A stretch of DNA of 48,213 bases from contig CAZZLX010000002.1 in the NCBI GenBank assembly GCA_964655235.1, positions 1 to 48,213 on the forward strand, given 5' to 3'. The notes beneath the pieces were generated by a model, which saw only the letters and a list, made by a program, of their open reading frames with translations, searched no databases and had not been told where the DNA came from. The position numbers were made by a program, and so were the translations under genes. Below are positions 25,495 through 34,112 of the stretch, piece by piece; position 1 is the first letter of the stretch, and each line of letters begins with the position of its first letter. The stretch comes from an uncultured Rhizobium sp. (lineage in GTDB: Bacteria; Pseudomonadota; Alphaproteobacteria; SHVZ01).

Positions 25495-27720
25495 TCAAGA
25501 GACGGCAGTGGCCGTCTCCGGCCCCCAGGAAAAGCCCCCGCCCCGATCCAGCGTCAACGCCGCCGGTGACAGCCTGTCGCACCAGCGCCGCCAGACCGCC
25601 CGATAGGCCGTATCGACATGGGCGGCATAGCGAGGCCCGTCGGCGAGCGCGGAGGCCGCCACCCGCTCCCGGAGCCCTTGGCGGACCCGGCGGAGCTGGT
25701 CCATGTCTCCGGCGAGGGCGACGGCCGTATCGATATAGGCATCGACATCGTCGACGACCAGTTCGTCCAGGCCGACCTGGCGAAGCAGGCTGGCGCCGAC
25801 TCGCGCGAAGAGGTGTGATCCCCGGAGACTGAGGACGGGCACGCCCATCCAGAGCGCGTCATAGGTCGTATTGCCGCCATTGACGAAAGGGTCGAGGCAG
25901 CAGTCGACATCGAGGTAAGGGGCATAGGCGCTCGCCGACCAGCCCGAAGCAACTATCCTCTCCGGCGCGATCCCGAGCCGCTGCAGAGCGACGAGGGGTG
26001 CTGAGGTCCGGTCGAGGACGCGCCACTTGAGGAGAAGGCGCGCCCGCGGCGCGCGCCGCAGGATCTCGGCCCAGGCGGACAGGACCGCGTCTCCGAGCTT
26101 CGCCGGGTTGTTGAACGACGCGAAGGTGAAGACGCCGCTCCGCTCCACAGGAGGAACCGTCGTGGGCGCGACCGCGTCGTCGGCCGGGTGATGGCAGGCA
26201 TAGACATCCGGCAACCGGATCAGCCGCTCGGAGTGATGGCGGTCGGCGATGGCCGGTGCGATCTCGGTGTCGGCGATCCGATAGTCCATCTGCGATAGGC
26301 CGGTCGTATTGGGATAGACGGGGAAGCCGATCTGGATCGGTGCCGCCCGCTGTCCGAAGGCGAGCAGGCGCCCATGCGGCAAGTGGCCGATGCAGTCGAC
26401 GAGGATGTCGATTTCGTCACGGCGCACCCGCGCCGCGAGCTCGTCGTCCGTCATGCGGCCTGTCTCGATCCAGCGATCGGTCGCCGACCGCAGGCGCCGG
26501 GCCATGTCGTCGCTCGGCGCGGGTCCCGCATAGGCCGTGATCTCGACCCGCCGGCGATCCTGATGCTCGAAAAGTCCGAGCAGCGCGTGTCCGACGGGAT
26601 GGCGGTGCAGGTTCGAGGAAACATAGCCGACGCGAAGGACGCGATCGGGGTCGCGCGTGTTCCCGAAGGCGAGCCTGGCGGTCGAACCGCGGACGAAGCG
26701 ATGAGCGAAGCGGCGATGCTCGAGGAAGATCGCGTCGAGGTCGGGTTCCTCGATGAAGCAGAGGCAGAAGAGGAGGTCGCTCATCAGCGTCGGGTTGGTC
26801 GGCTCGAGGACCACGGCGCGCCGGAACAAAGGCACCGCCCGGAGCGTTTCGCCGTGCTGCATGAGCAGCGCCCCGGCGTTGTGGTGGGCCTTCGCCGTCT
26901 CGGGAGCGAGCGCGACCGCATCCCGATAGTGGCGCTGTGCCTCTCCGAGCCTGTCCTGCGCATGGCGGAGAACGCCAAGATTGATATGCGCCGCCGAGAA
27001 GTCAGGCTCTATCGCCAACGCGCGGATCAGGGCCGCTTCCTGGAGAGCGCCGGTCGCCGCTTCGGCGAGGTTATGAAAGGCGATGCTGGACGAAGGCGCG
27101 AGAGCCAACGCCTTCCGGCAATTCGCTGCCGCTTCCGGTATGCGTCCGGCCTGGGCCAGGCCGCCGGCGAGATTGACCAGCGGGTCGGCTTCGTCCGGCG
27201 CCAGGCGAGCGGCCTCTCGGTAGCTGGCGATCGCGTCCGGATGGCGACCAGCCGCACGGAGCGCGTGTCCGAGATCGACATGGAGGTCGGGGTCGCCCGG
27301 CATCGCCGCGATCGCCCGGCGAAGGTGCTGTGCCGCGACCAGGGGTTCCATCGAACCAAGCGCCGCACGACCGAGGCAGGCCTGTGCCGGGGAGAGGTCC
27401 GGGGCGCGGGCGAGCGCCCGGCGAAACCCCCTCGCCGCCCGGACGACGCCGAGGCGATCGAGGGTTAGGGCGTGGTTGTAGAGACCGTGCGCATTGTGCG
27501 GATCGAGCGCGAGGGAGCGCGAGAAGTGGCAGAGCGCCGCCGTCGGGTCGTTTCCACGAAGCGACACCGCTCCGAGAGCAATGGCGAGTTCGGGCATGGA
27601 TGGACGGAACGCCAGCGTGCGACGAAGATTCCCGCGGGCTTTGCTGAGATCGCCGGCATCGGCACTGGCCAGCGCCTCGCCATAGAGGCGAGCAATCGTC
27701 GTCCCCTCGTCCTCTGTCAT
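25495..27720 (-). CDS. TPR-repeat protein fused to a GT41 (OGT/FlmG-like) glycosyltransferase domain
   Basis: I start it at ATG 27720 (MTEDEGTTIARLYGEAL), which overlaps the upstream stop as ATGA. About 10 TPR-like repeats, then RVLRVGYVSSNLHRHPVGH, IDILVDCIGHLPHGR, AAPIQIG, FTFASFNNPAKL, and LDPFVNGGNTTYDALWMGVPVLSL. Confidence 0.85.
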   Translation of the reverse strand: MTEDEGTTIARLYGEALASADAGDLSKARGNLRRTLAFRPSMPELAIALGAVSLRGNDPTAALCHFSRSLALDPHNAHGLYNHALTLDRLGVVRAARGFRRALARAPDLSPAQACLGRAALGSMEPLVAAQHLRRAIAAMPGDPDLHVDLGHALRAAGRHPDAIASYREAARLAPDEADPLVNLAGGLAQAGRIPEAAANCRKALALAPSSSIAFHNLAEAATGALQEAALIRALAIEPDFSAAHINLGVLRHAQDRLGEAQRHYRDAVALAPETAKAHHNAGALLMQHGETLRAVPLFRRAVVLEPTNPTLMSDLLFCLCFIEEPDLDAIFLEHRRFAHRFVRGSTARLAFGNTRDPDRVLRVGYVSSNLHRHPVGHALLGLFEHQDRRRVEITAYAGPAPSDDMARRLRSATDRWIETGRMTDDELAARVRRDEIDILVDCIGHLPHGRLLAFGQRAAPIQIGFPVYPNTTGLSQMDYRIADTEIAPAIADRHHSERLIRLPDVYACHHPADDAVAPTTVPPVERSGVFTFASFNNPAKLGDAVLSAWAEILRRAPRARLLLKWRVLDRTSAPLVALQRLGIAPERIVASGWSASAYAPYLDVDCCLDPFVNGGNTTYDALWMGVPVLSLRGSHLFARVGASLLRQVGLDELVVDDVDAYIDTAVALAGDMDQLRRVRQGLRERVAASALADGPRYAAHVDTAYRAVWRRWCDRLSPAALTLDRGGGFSWGPETATAVS

Positions 27721-29024
27721 GTGCGGGGCCAGGCGCCGACCTCGGCCAAGGCGGAAAGCATGCCGTCGATGCGCCTGGACCAGGACCACGTCGACGCCAT
27801 GGCCGCCGCCGCATCCCGTCCCATCGCCCTCGCCTCCTCGCGCCGTGCGTAAAGCTGCTCCAGCGCGTCGACCACGTCCATCGGATCGGTTTCACCCCAT
27901 CCGACTTGTCCGGCAGCGGCGGGGTTGGTCGAGATAGCCGACTGGCGCTCGAGCGCCACGCAGGGAACCGACGCGATCAGGTCGAGGTGGCCGGTATTGG
28001 CTGAGAGGATCGTCGGTACGCCGCAGGCGAGCGTCTCCATCGCCGCGAGATTGGTGCCACCCTCCGCCCGGCTGACGAACACCGCGGCGTCGACGTCCCC
28101 CAGCCAGGAGGCCATCGCCTCGTTCGAGATCGCCGGCAGCAGCGCCATGCTGTCCAGCGGGACGCCGTTCCGTGCCAGCCAATCCGACACCGACTCCGGG
28201 CTGTCGGCGGCGACGGGCGCGCCCGTGCCATGGGGTGATTGCGCCAGATCGGCGGCGGCGCCGGGAAAAGGCGACGACCAGGCGGTGAGCAGGAGCGCGT
28301 CGGGATGACGCGCATGGAAGATGCGGAAGGCCGCGACCACGATGTCCTGGCCCTTCCTGAACTCGAGCTTGCCGCCCGAGAAGATCGTGAAGCGGTCGCC
28401 GAAGACGCCTCGGCGCGGCTGTGGCCTGAACAGGGTCGTGTCGACGCCCTGCGGGCAGACGGCGACGTGCTCGATGCCGAAGCTGCGCAGCACTTCGCCG
28501 TTCCACGCGGACCCGGCGAGCAAGAGGCGATAGCGGGCGGCTTGGGCCACGGAGTTTCCCGGACGGGTGTCTTCGAGAAAGGCCATGCCGATGTCCGGTG
28601 CACCGAAGACCCTGGCGCTCAGCTGACCGGCGCCGAGACCGTTGCCCAGCCCATGCAAGACCGGGAAGTCGAGATGAAGGTCGTCGCCGGCTGTCAGGTG
28701 CGGCGCTATCTCGCGTTGCGCCGCCAACGCCGGCGCGAGCGCGGGATCGGCCCTCGCTTCGTCGCCGAGGAGATCCTCGGTGTAGAGCGGAACCGGGACG
28801 GCGAGGCCTCGGCGCGTGAGGTCACGCGCTAGGTTCAGACCGAACACGCCCCATCCCGTGAAACTGGTGAAGGTCCAGCGGATGCCGAGACGCGGCAAGG
28901 GAGCGCCGGGCATGCTCAAGCTGCTCGCTTCGAGCCCCCGCTCCGGGACGTTGAAGCTCGGCAAAGGACGATCGGGCGCGGCATCGGGGACTTCCCAGGC
29001 AACGGCTTTTCGCTCAGCGCGCAC
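27717..29024 (-). CDS. GT4-family (group 1) glycosyltransferase
   Basis: Blocks seen: FTIFSGGKLEFRKGQDIVVAAF and VFVSRAEGGTNLAAMETLACGVPTILSANTGHLDLI (EX7E-like). The start is uncertain; ATG 28910 (MPGAPLPRLGIRWTFTSFTGWGVFGLNL) is an equally plausible shorter start. Confidence 0.65.
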   Translation of the reverse strand: MRAERKAVAWEVPDAAPDRPLPSFNVPERGLEASSLSMPGAPLPRLGIRWTFTSFTGWGVFGLNLARDLTRRGLAVPVPLYTEDLLGDEARADPALAPALAAQREIAPHLTAGDDLHLDFPVLHGLGNGLGAGQLSARVFGAPDIGMAFLEDTRPGNSVAQAARYRLLLAGSAWNGEVLRSFGIEHVAVCPQGVDTTLFRPQPRRGVFGDRFTIFSGGKLEFRKGQDIVVAAFRIFHARHPDALLLTAWSSPFPGAAADLAQSPHGTGAPVAADSPESVSDWLARNGVPLDSMALLPAISNEAMASWLGDVDAAVFVSRAEGGTNLAAMETLACGVPTILSANTGHLDLIASVPCVALERQSAISTNPAAAGQVGWGETDPMDVVDALEQLYARREEARAMGRDAAAAMASTWSWSRRIDGMLSALAEVGAWPRT

Positions 29025-29102
29025 AGTCGCACAGATCGCCTGGAACTCGCTACGTCGGCTGCGACGAGAGTCGGCTCCGGTATCTTGAGCCCGAGGCGCG
29101 GG

Positions 29103-30992
29103 TCAAAAGACCGGACGACGCAGGCGCCGTGAAGGTTCGGGAATCGGAAGGCCGTTCTCGGCGCAAAGGGCGCGGATCCTCTCCTCGTCGGCTCCTGACG
29201 CGTCGGGGTGCAGCACCACGCCACGGACGAGCTCGATCGGGTCGATCGGCGGGGCATGTGCCAGAAGGCCCGGGGTAGCGGTGGATTCGAAGTGGTTGGC
29301 CTCGAACAGCGGCTCGCGGCCCTCTGGCGTTTGCACGACCACCCGCACCTCGCGCTCGAAACTGTACATCGAATCCTTGTGCATGATGTCGTGCAATGGG
29401 CTGGTCGGAGATCGCGGGCTCATGCCGTCGACGTAGCAGACGGTGCCGATCGAGGCGTAGGCGGGGACCTGGGCGCGGAGCGTGCGATAGGTGGTGCGGA
29501 TCGCAACCGAGTCCGGCCGTGGTGCGTAGCGCCCCCACATCGCGTGGCTGTCGCCGGCGCCGAGGCGCCAGCAGCTGACGTAAGCCCCACGCGCCCGCCA
29601 CGGCGCGTCCTCGCGAATGTCCCGACGGCCTTGCGTGATGTCCGGCGACCCGTCGTCGAGCGGGTCGCCGAGGTCAGCGACCGGCGCCATGTACAGGCGG
29701 TTCTCGCGCAGCAGCCAGGCGAAATCATCGAAGCCGAGGTAACGCCAAAGCGCCGCATCGGGATCGTCGGGTGGGGAGAAGACGGGGGGCGCCGGCTCGG
29801 GCGGTGTGGCCGCAATCGGCCTCGCGCCCGTCGGAGGTGACGCCTGCGGCAGCACCATGCGGGTGACGTTGTTCCGCCAGATCTCGGCGTCTCGGACATA
29901 GCGGCGCGCGGTGTCGACCGAGCGATGCCGGGTCTGGTTCATGATCTGCATCAGATCGGCGCCGGCATTCGAGGCGGAGGTGGCTAGGCCGGCGCGAAGG
30001 CTGTGCCCGGCGTAGCGCTCCGGATTCAGGCCTGCGGTGACCGCTGCCGTCTTGACGGCGCGGGCGACACCTCGGTCGGAAAGCCGGAAAGGCCTCACCC
30101 TGCCGCCCCGAGTGATCTGGTGGAAGAGCGCGCCCGGTTCCTGCCCGCGTAGCGCAAGCCAGGCCTGGAGCGCCTGGACCGGGCAGAGCTTCGGGTCGGC
30201 CGAGCGGTGGATGCCGACCTCCTCCCCTGCCCCGGCCTGGTCCGTCTTCGAAAAGCGGATCAGCACCTTGAGGCCGCTGTCGGTGACGGTGAGGTCGGCT
30301 AGGTCCAGGGCGACGAGTTCGGAACGCCGCATTGCGCCACCGAAGCCGATCAGGAGAAGCGCCCGGTCGCGGGTGCCGAGAGGCGTGGACGGCAGAGTCC
30401 GCATCATGAGGGCCAGCTCGTCGGCGAGGACGGGTTGCGCCTGCATTGCGCGGGTCCCGACGGTGCGGGCAATGCCGTCCATTACGCGCGCAATGCGAGG
30501 ATCCTTGAGGTCGAGCACCAACCCGGCGGCGCGATGGGCGGCGACGATGGCCGAGACCCTCATGCGAATGGTCGCATATTTGAATTGTCGCTCGGGCAGG
30601 CCGGCCAGATACATGCCGACGAGCTGCGGGTCGCCCGACAGCGGCGCGATGCCCAGGCGGTCGCACCAGGCGGCATAGTCGGCAAAGGACGATCGGTAGG
30701 CCCGCTGGGTGTTGAAGGCGCGGGCCTGGGCGGAAAAGGCATCGGCCTGGAAGGCGTGCCGGGCGAGATCCGCCTCGCTCGCCGCGGGCGAGGTTTGGAT
30801 CGCTCGTACTGCCGGCAGGATCTCGTCCGAGGGAGCCGCCCCTATCGCCCCATACCGGTCGTCTTGCGGGCTCATCGAGAAAGCATACGGCTCGAGAGCG
30901 ATGAGCCCAACAAAATCCGTCCGATAGACATGATTATCGGACGGATAGAATTTCGGCCGGCGAGGCTCGCGCTGCTGGTTGGACGTGGTCAC
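29103..30992 (-). CDS. Tyrosine recombinase/integrase fused to a C-terminal DUF2971-like domain
   Basis: The N-terminal ~390 aa has a SAM-like core-binding region (NTQRAYRSSFADYAAWC). The catalytic residues are in GAMRRSEL (R), GHSLRAG (H-x-x-R), and HRSVDTARRYV (H...Y). The C-terminal ~230 aa has LWRYLGFDDFAWLLRENRLYMAPVADLGDPLD, AYVSCW....SHAMWGRYA, and YSFEREVRVV, matching remembered DUF2971 motifs. Confidence 0.8.
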   Translation of the reverse strand: MTTSNQQREPRRPKFYPSDNHVYRTDFVGLIALEPYAFSMSPQDDRYGAIGAAPSDEILPAVRAIQTSPAASEADLARHAFQADAFSAQARAFNTQRAYRSSFADYAAWCDRLGIAPLSGDPQLVGMYLAGLPERQFKYATIRMRVSAIVAAHRAAGLVLDLKDPRIARVMDGIARTVGTRAMQAQPVLADELALMMRTLPSTPLGTRDRALLLIGFGGAMRRSELVALDLADLTVTDSGLKVLIRFSKTDQAGAGEEVGIHRSADPKLCPVQALQAWLALRGQEPGALFHQITRGGRVRPFRLSDRGVARAVKTAAVTAGLNPERYAGHSLRAGLATSASNAGADLMQIMNQTRHRSVDTARRYVRDAEIWRNNVTRMVLPQASPPTGARPIAATPPEPAPPVFSPPDDPDAALWRYLGFDDFAWLLRENRLYMAPVADLGDPLDDGSPDITQGRRDIREDAPWRARGAYVSCWRLGAGDSHAMWGRYAPRPDSVAIRTTYRTLRAQVPAYASIGTVCYVDGMSPRSPTSPLHDIMHKDSMYSFEREVRVVVQTPEGREPLFEANHFESTATPGLLAHAPPIDPIELVRGVVLHPDASGADEERIRALCAENGLPIPEPSRRLRRPVF

Positions 30993-31066
30993 GGCCTCGG
31001 TTGCGATCCTGCCCGTCGTAAGGACGCTTTGCAGTCGCCATATGGTTTTCTGCTGTGCTCAAAGTG

Positions 31067-31086
31067 AACTTAAAACTAAGTTAAGT
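31067..31086. repeat. Overlapping short inverted repeats in the AT-rich divergent intergenic region between the integrase and the DUF1612-like gene
   Basis: AACTTA(31067-31072)-AAAC-TAAGTT(31077-31082), and ACTTAA(31068-31073)-N7-TTAAGT(31081-86). They lie 6-25 nt upstream of the ATG at 31092. Function is unknown; an operator or promoter role is possible. Confidence 0.4.
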
Positions 31087-31091
31087 GCAGA

Positions 31092-32213
31092 ATGCCGGAG
31101 CGACTTCCTCCCGATTGGCAGCTTCTCGTCGCCAGTTGCGCGGCTGATATCGAGCGCGCGGCAGCGTCGATCGGGCGCCTCGATCAGGCCGTATCGCGGA
31201 GTCGGATCGGCGATGCCTGGAGCCGAAGAAGCGTTTATCCGGCGACGGTCGCCTGCCTCGCGGCCGATGGGCATTCCTTTGAAATAGAAAGGCTTTTTGC
31301 CTTGGCCGGCGGATTGCCGGTCAATCGTATAAGGGATTTCGGGGCCGACAATCGGGCGCTCGGAACCTGGCGAGGAATCCAGAAATGGACGGGCGCGGCG
31401 CCCTCGGAGAGGGTGTTCGCGGACGCCGAGTCCGGCTCCGAAGACATCGAGGATGCGCTCGCGGGCTTTCATGCGACGGTCGGGGCTCCGGCCCTCCTCG
31501 GCGCGGTCATGGGCTTCCGGTCTTGGCTGGAGGCAGGCCAGCCGGCGAGTGCGGCCATGACCGCCTTGCCCTCGTTCCTGGCCGTCCGGGGCCTCACCGG
31601 TTCCCCCATTCCCTGGCTGGCCGGAGGCCTGAGGCGCGCCGCCGGGATCGTCGGCAGCTATCCGGCGAAGGCCTGGACCGTCCGGGCCGTGCAGGAGCTG
31701 GCCGAGACGGCGGCCGCCGGCATGCGCGACCTTGAGGCCCTGACCGGGCTCTGGCGATCCTGGCATGCGAAGCTTGGTCCCCGGAGGCGGACCTCGCGGC
31801 TGCCGGAGGTCGTCGATCTCCTCGTCGCCCATCCAGTCCAGTCGCCCCGGCAGGTTTCCCGGGTGCTGGGAACCAGCCTGAGAGGTGCTTCGAAGCTGCT
31901 CGACGAGCTCAAGGAGCTGGGCATCGTCGTGTCCCCTATGTCGCGTCGCTCCTGGCGGGTCGTTATCGCGGCCGATCTGGCATCGCTCCAGGATCAGGTT
32001 CACCAGGTGCCGCGGCCGTCCGGCGAGAGGCCTCATTCTGTGCCTGCCCGCCTGCTTCCGGCGGCGCCCAAGACCGGGGCGCCCTTGGCGCTTTCTGACG
32101 CCAAGATCTCATCCCTCCGGTCCGTGATCTCGGAGAGCGACGACGTCATCCGGCGAGTCACCCAACGCCTGTCGGAGATGAGGCCCCGCATCCCGCGCCG
32201 AGACGTATCTTAG
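31092..32213 (+). CDS. Plasmid-associated hypothetical protein with a probable C-terminal winged-helix/HTH (DUF1612 / RHE_PE00001-like)
   Basis: It is 373 aa. The C-terminal segment LPEVVDLLVAHPVQSPRQVSRVLGTSLRGASKLLDELKELGIVV looks like an HTH. The length and the context next to an integrase and parA fit the rhizobial-plasmid DUF1612 family as I remember it. The assignment is tentative. Confidence 0.4.
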   Translation: MPERLPPDWQLLVASCAADIERAAASIGRLDQAVSRSRIGDAWSRRSVYPATVACLAADGHSFEIERLFALAGGLPVNRIRDFGADNRALGTWRGIQKWTGAAPSERVFADAESGSEDIEDALAGFHATVGAPALLGAVMGFRSWLEAGQPASAAMTALPSFLAVRGLTGSPIPWLAGGLRRAAGIVGSYPAKAWTVRAVQELAETAAAGMRDLEALTGLWRSWHAKLGPRRRTSRLPEVVDLLVAHPVQSPRQVSRVLGTSLRGASKLLDELKELGIVVSPMSRRSWRVVIAADLASLQDQVHQVPRPSGERPHSVPARLLPAAPKTGAPLALSDAKISSLRSVISESDDVIRRVTQRLSEMRPRIPRRDVS

Positions 32214-32235
32214 TCGCACAGTCTATCAGTCGCCC

Positions 32236-32476
32236 ATGCGAACAACGTGCTGCTAGTCAAGCGATTGATTTTCATCATAAAGTCTGTGCACTTATGCGAA
32301 TGGATCGTTGGATCGCTTTACGCGCATTGAGATAATGGACGCCTGAAGCGAACTATGAAATTTTGCGCATGGGTGCGCGGGGCGATTGGGGCGATGATTG
32401 GTTCATGCGAACGATCGCTTCATGCTGCTGATGCCCCGCGTCCATTCGACTGAACTCTTGAGGCGACTGTTCGCAT
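32236..32476. repeat. Repeated ATGCGAA / GATCGCTT motifs upstream of parA (candidate partition site or par operator)
   Basis: ATGCGAA occurs at 32236-32242, 32294-32300 and 32405-32411. The inverted copy TTCGCAT at 32470-32476 overlaps the parA ATG. GATCGCTT occurs at 32311-32318 and 32413-32420. The region is a 261-nt non-coding, lower-G+C gap. Confidence 0.45.
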
Positions 32477-33152
32477 GAGCGATCGAATTCCGGTGATCAC
32501 CGTCGCGGCGACCAAGGGCGGGGTCGGCAAGACCACCCTCACCCTCAATCTGGCGGCGGCGGCCGAGGCGGCGGGCCACGGTCCGGCGGCCATGATCGAC
32601 ATGGACCCGCAGGGCAGCCTCAGCCATCTCTACAATCGCCGAAAGGCCGAAAGCGGGCCGGTGATGCTGGGTTGCGAGAACGGCGACCTGTCCGGCGCCA
32701 TCGGTGCGGCCATGGCGTCGGGGATCAAGCTGGTCGTCATCGACACGCCGCCGGCCTTCCTCGACGTCACCCGGGCCTGCGTGTCGGCAGCCGATCTGGT
32801 CGTGGTTCCGGCACGGCCGTCGCCGCTCGACCTCGAGGCCGTCGGGCCCACCATCGACATCGTCGAGGAAGCGGGAAAGCCGCTTGTGCTCGTCGTCAAC
32901 GCCGCCAAGGCGCGCACGCGTCTCAAGGGCGATGCGGCCCGGGTCCTGGCCCAGCACGGCAAGGTCGCCCCGGTCGACCTGATCGATCGCATCATCTACT
33001 CGGAGGCGATGATCGAGGGCCTCTCGGCCTCGGAATACGATCCGGGCGGGCAGGCGACCAAGGAGATTCGCCAGCTTTACGACTACATCGACCGTCAGCT
33101 GCGCCGTGCCCGCGGCGCACCGGCCGGCAACCGCACCGGAGAGACCGCATGA
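32475..33152 (+). CDS. parA: ParA-family partition ATPase (small type Ib-like)
   Basis: Deviant Walker A VAATKGGVGKTTLTLNLA. Also MIDMDPQGS, VVIDTPP, and DLVVVPARPSPLDL. Confidence 0.9.
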   Translation: MSDRIPVITVAATKGGVGKTTLTLNLAAAAEAAGHGPAAMIDMDPQGSLSHLYNRRKAESGPVMLGCENGDLSGAIGAAMASGIKLVVIDTPPAFLDVTRACVSAADLVVVPARPSPLDLEAVGPTIDIVEEAGKPLVLVVNAAKARTRLKGDAARVLAQHGKVAPVDLIDRIIYSEAMIEGLSASEYDPGGQATKEIRQLYDYIDRQLRRARGAPAGNRTGETA

Positions 33153-33592
33153 GTCCGAAATCCCGTCCGCAGATGGACGCCTCGATCATCCGCCGTCCGG
33201 GCCAGGCCGCGCCGATCCAGGCGCCCAGCTATGCGCGGGTCGAGCCGGTTCCCGAGCCAGCTGCCCTCGCGCCGGCCGCGCCCCCGGCCCCACCGTCCGT
33301 CCCGGTTCCCGCTCCGGTGCAGACACCGATGCCCGAGCCCGCTCCCGCGGCGGCCTCGCGACCGCCTGAAGTGCCGCCCCCCCGCATCGAGGGAAAGTCG
33401 TCCGACAACATGCCCTGGCTCGGCGGGCGTCCGTGGACGCGCAAGCTCGGCATCCGGATGGACGAGGATCGCGTGCGGCGCATCAAGATCGTCGCAGCCG
33501 CACGCGGTGCGACGATGGAAGAACTGCTGGTCGAAGCCATCGACCAATACATGGAGAGGCACTGGCCGGAGGTCTCGCGGGGACTGCGTTAG
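33149..33592 (+). CDS. Ribbon-helix-helix partition/centromere-binding protein (ParG/ParB-like) with a Pro/Ala-rich linker
   Basis: ATG 33149 overlaps the parA TGA as ATGA. The C-terminal KLGIRMDEDRVRRIKIVAAARGATMEELLVEAIDQYMERH is a typical RHH fold signature. The N-terminal half is a low-complexity P/A tract. Confidence 0.65.
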   Translation: MSPKSRPQMDASIIRRPGQAAPIQAPSYARVEPVPEPAALAPAAPPAPPSVPVPAPVQTPMPEPAPAAASRPPEVPPPRIEGKSSDNMPWLGGRPWTRKLGIRMDEDRVRRIKIVAAARGATMEELLVEAIDQYMERHWPEVSRGLR

Positions 33593-33657
33593 CGCCCGAG
33601 CGCCTTGCAAGGCGAACCGGCGGTGGCTATCTCAGGGCCTCACCACGGAAGGCGTTC

Positions 33658-34104
33658 ATGGCGGAAGCAACTCAGGATCGAACCCAGGCGGCATTCGCCG
33701 TGCTCGAGTCGTCGATCCCGACATCGGATCTTTCCTTCGAGCTCGACCTCAAGCGGCTCTGCCATCCGAACTGTCCCCTCCCGTTTGACCACTACAAGAG
33801 CCGGATCGCCTATGCGTATCTCGTGCTCTGTGCCGTGGTCTTCGGATCGATGTTCGCGCTCGGGGTCGAGCAGAAGCTCATCTGGGCGACCATCGCCGTC
33901 GTGTCGCTCGTCTACTGGGTCGCGGTCCGCCCGATCCTCGAACGGCGGGCGGCCAAGAAGATAATCGCGTACATCATGGAAGAGCCGTCGCGCCTGGAGC
34001 GCATCTGGAAGTACGGCGGCCTGGTGCTGGTGAAGAAGGACGGAAGCCGCGCCGTCGCGCCGAAGGACGACTGGCGCACTGCGGTCATCGGCCCCAAGAG
34101 CTGA
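33658..34104 (+). CDS. Hypothetical small membrane protein (two predicted TM helices)
   Basis: I start it at ATG 33658 (MAEATQDRTQ). There are hydrophobic stretches IAYAYLVLCAVVFGSMFALGV and LIWATIAVVSLVYWVAV. No family was recognised. Confidence 0.4.
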   Translation: MAEATQDRTQAAFAVLESSIPTSDLSFELDLKRLCHPNCPLPFDHYKSRIAYAYLVLCAVVFGSMFALGVEQKLIWATIAVVSLVYWVAVRPILERRAAKKIIAYIMEEPSRLERIWKYGGLVLVKKDGSRAVAPKDDWRTAVIGPKS

Positions 34105-34112
34105 CGACGCGG

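Noticed and set aside
24293-25606. 437-aa ORF antisense to the N-acetyl sugar amidotransferase
   Set aside because: The opposite strand encodes a protein with a PP-loop and Cys-cluster motifs, and this frame is low-complexity.
32672-33148. N-terminal extension of the RHH gene ORF across parA, and similarly 41266-41571 across the cytidylyltransferase gene
   Set aside because: Both extensions overlap strongly supported genes in another frame. ATGA-coupled internal starts explain the data.
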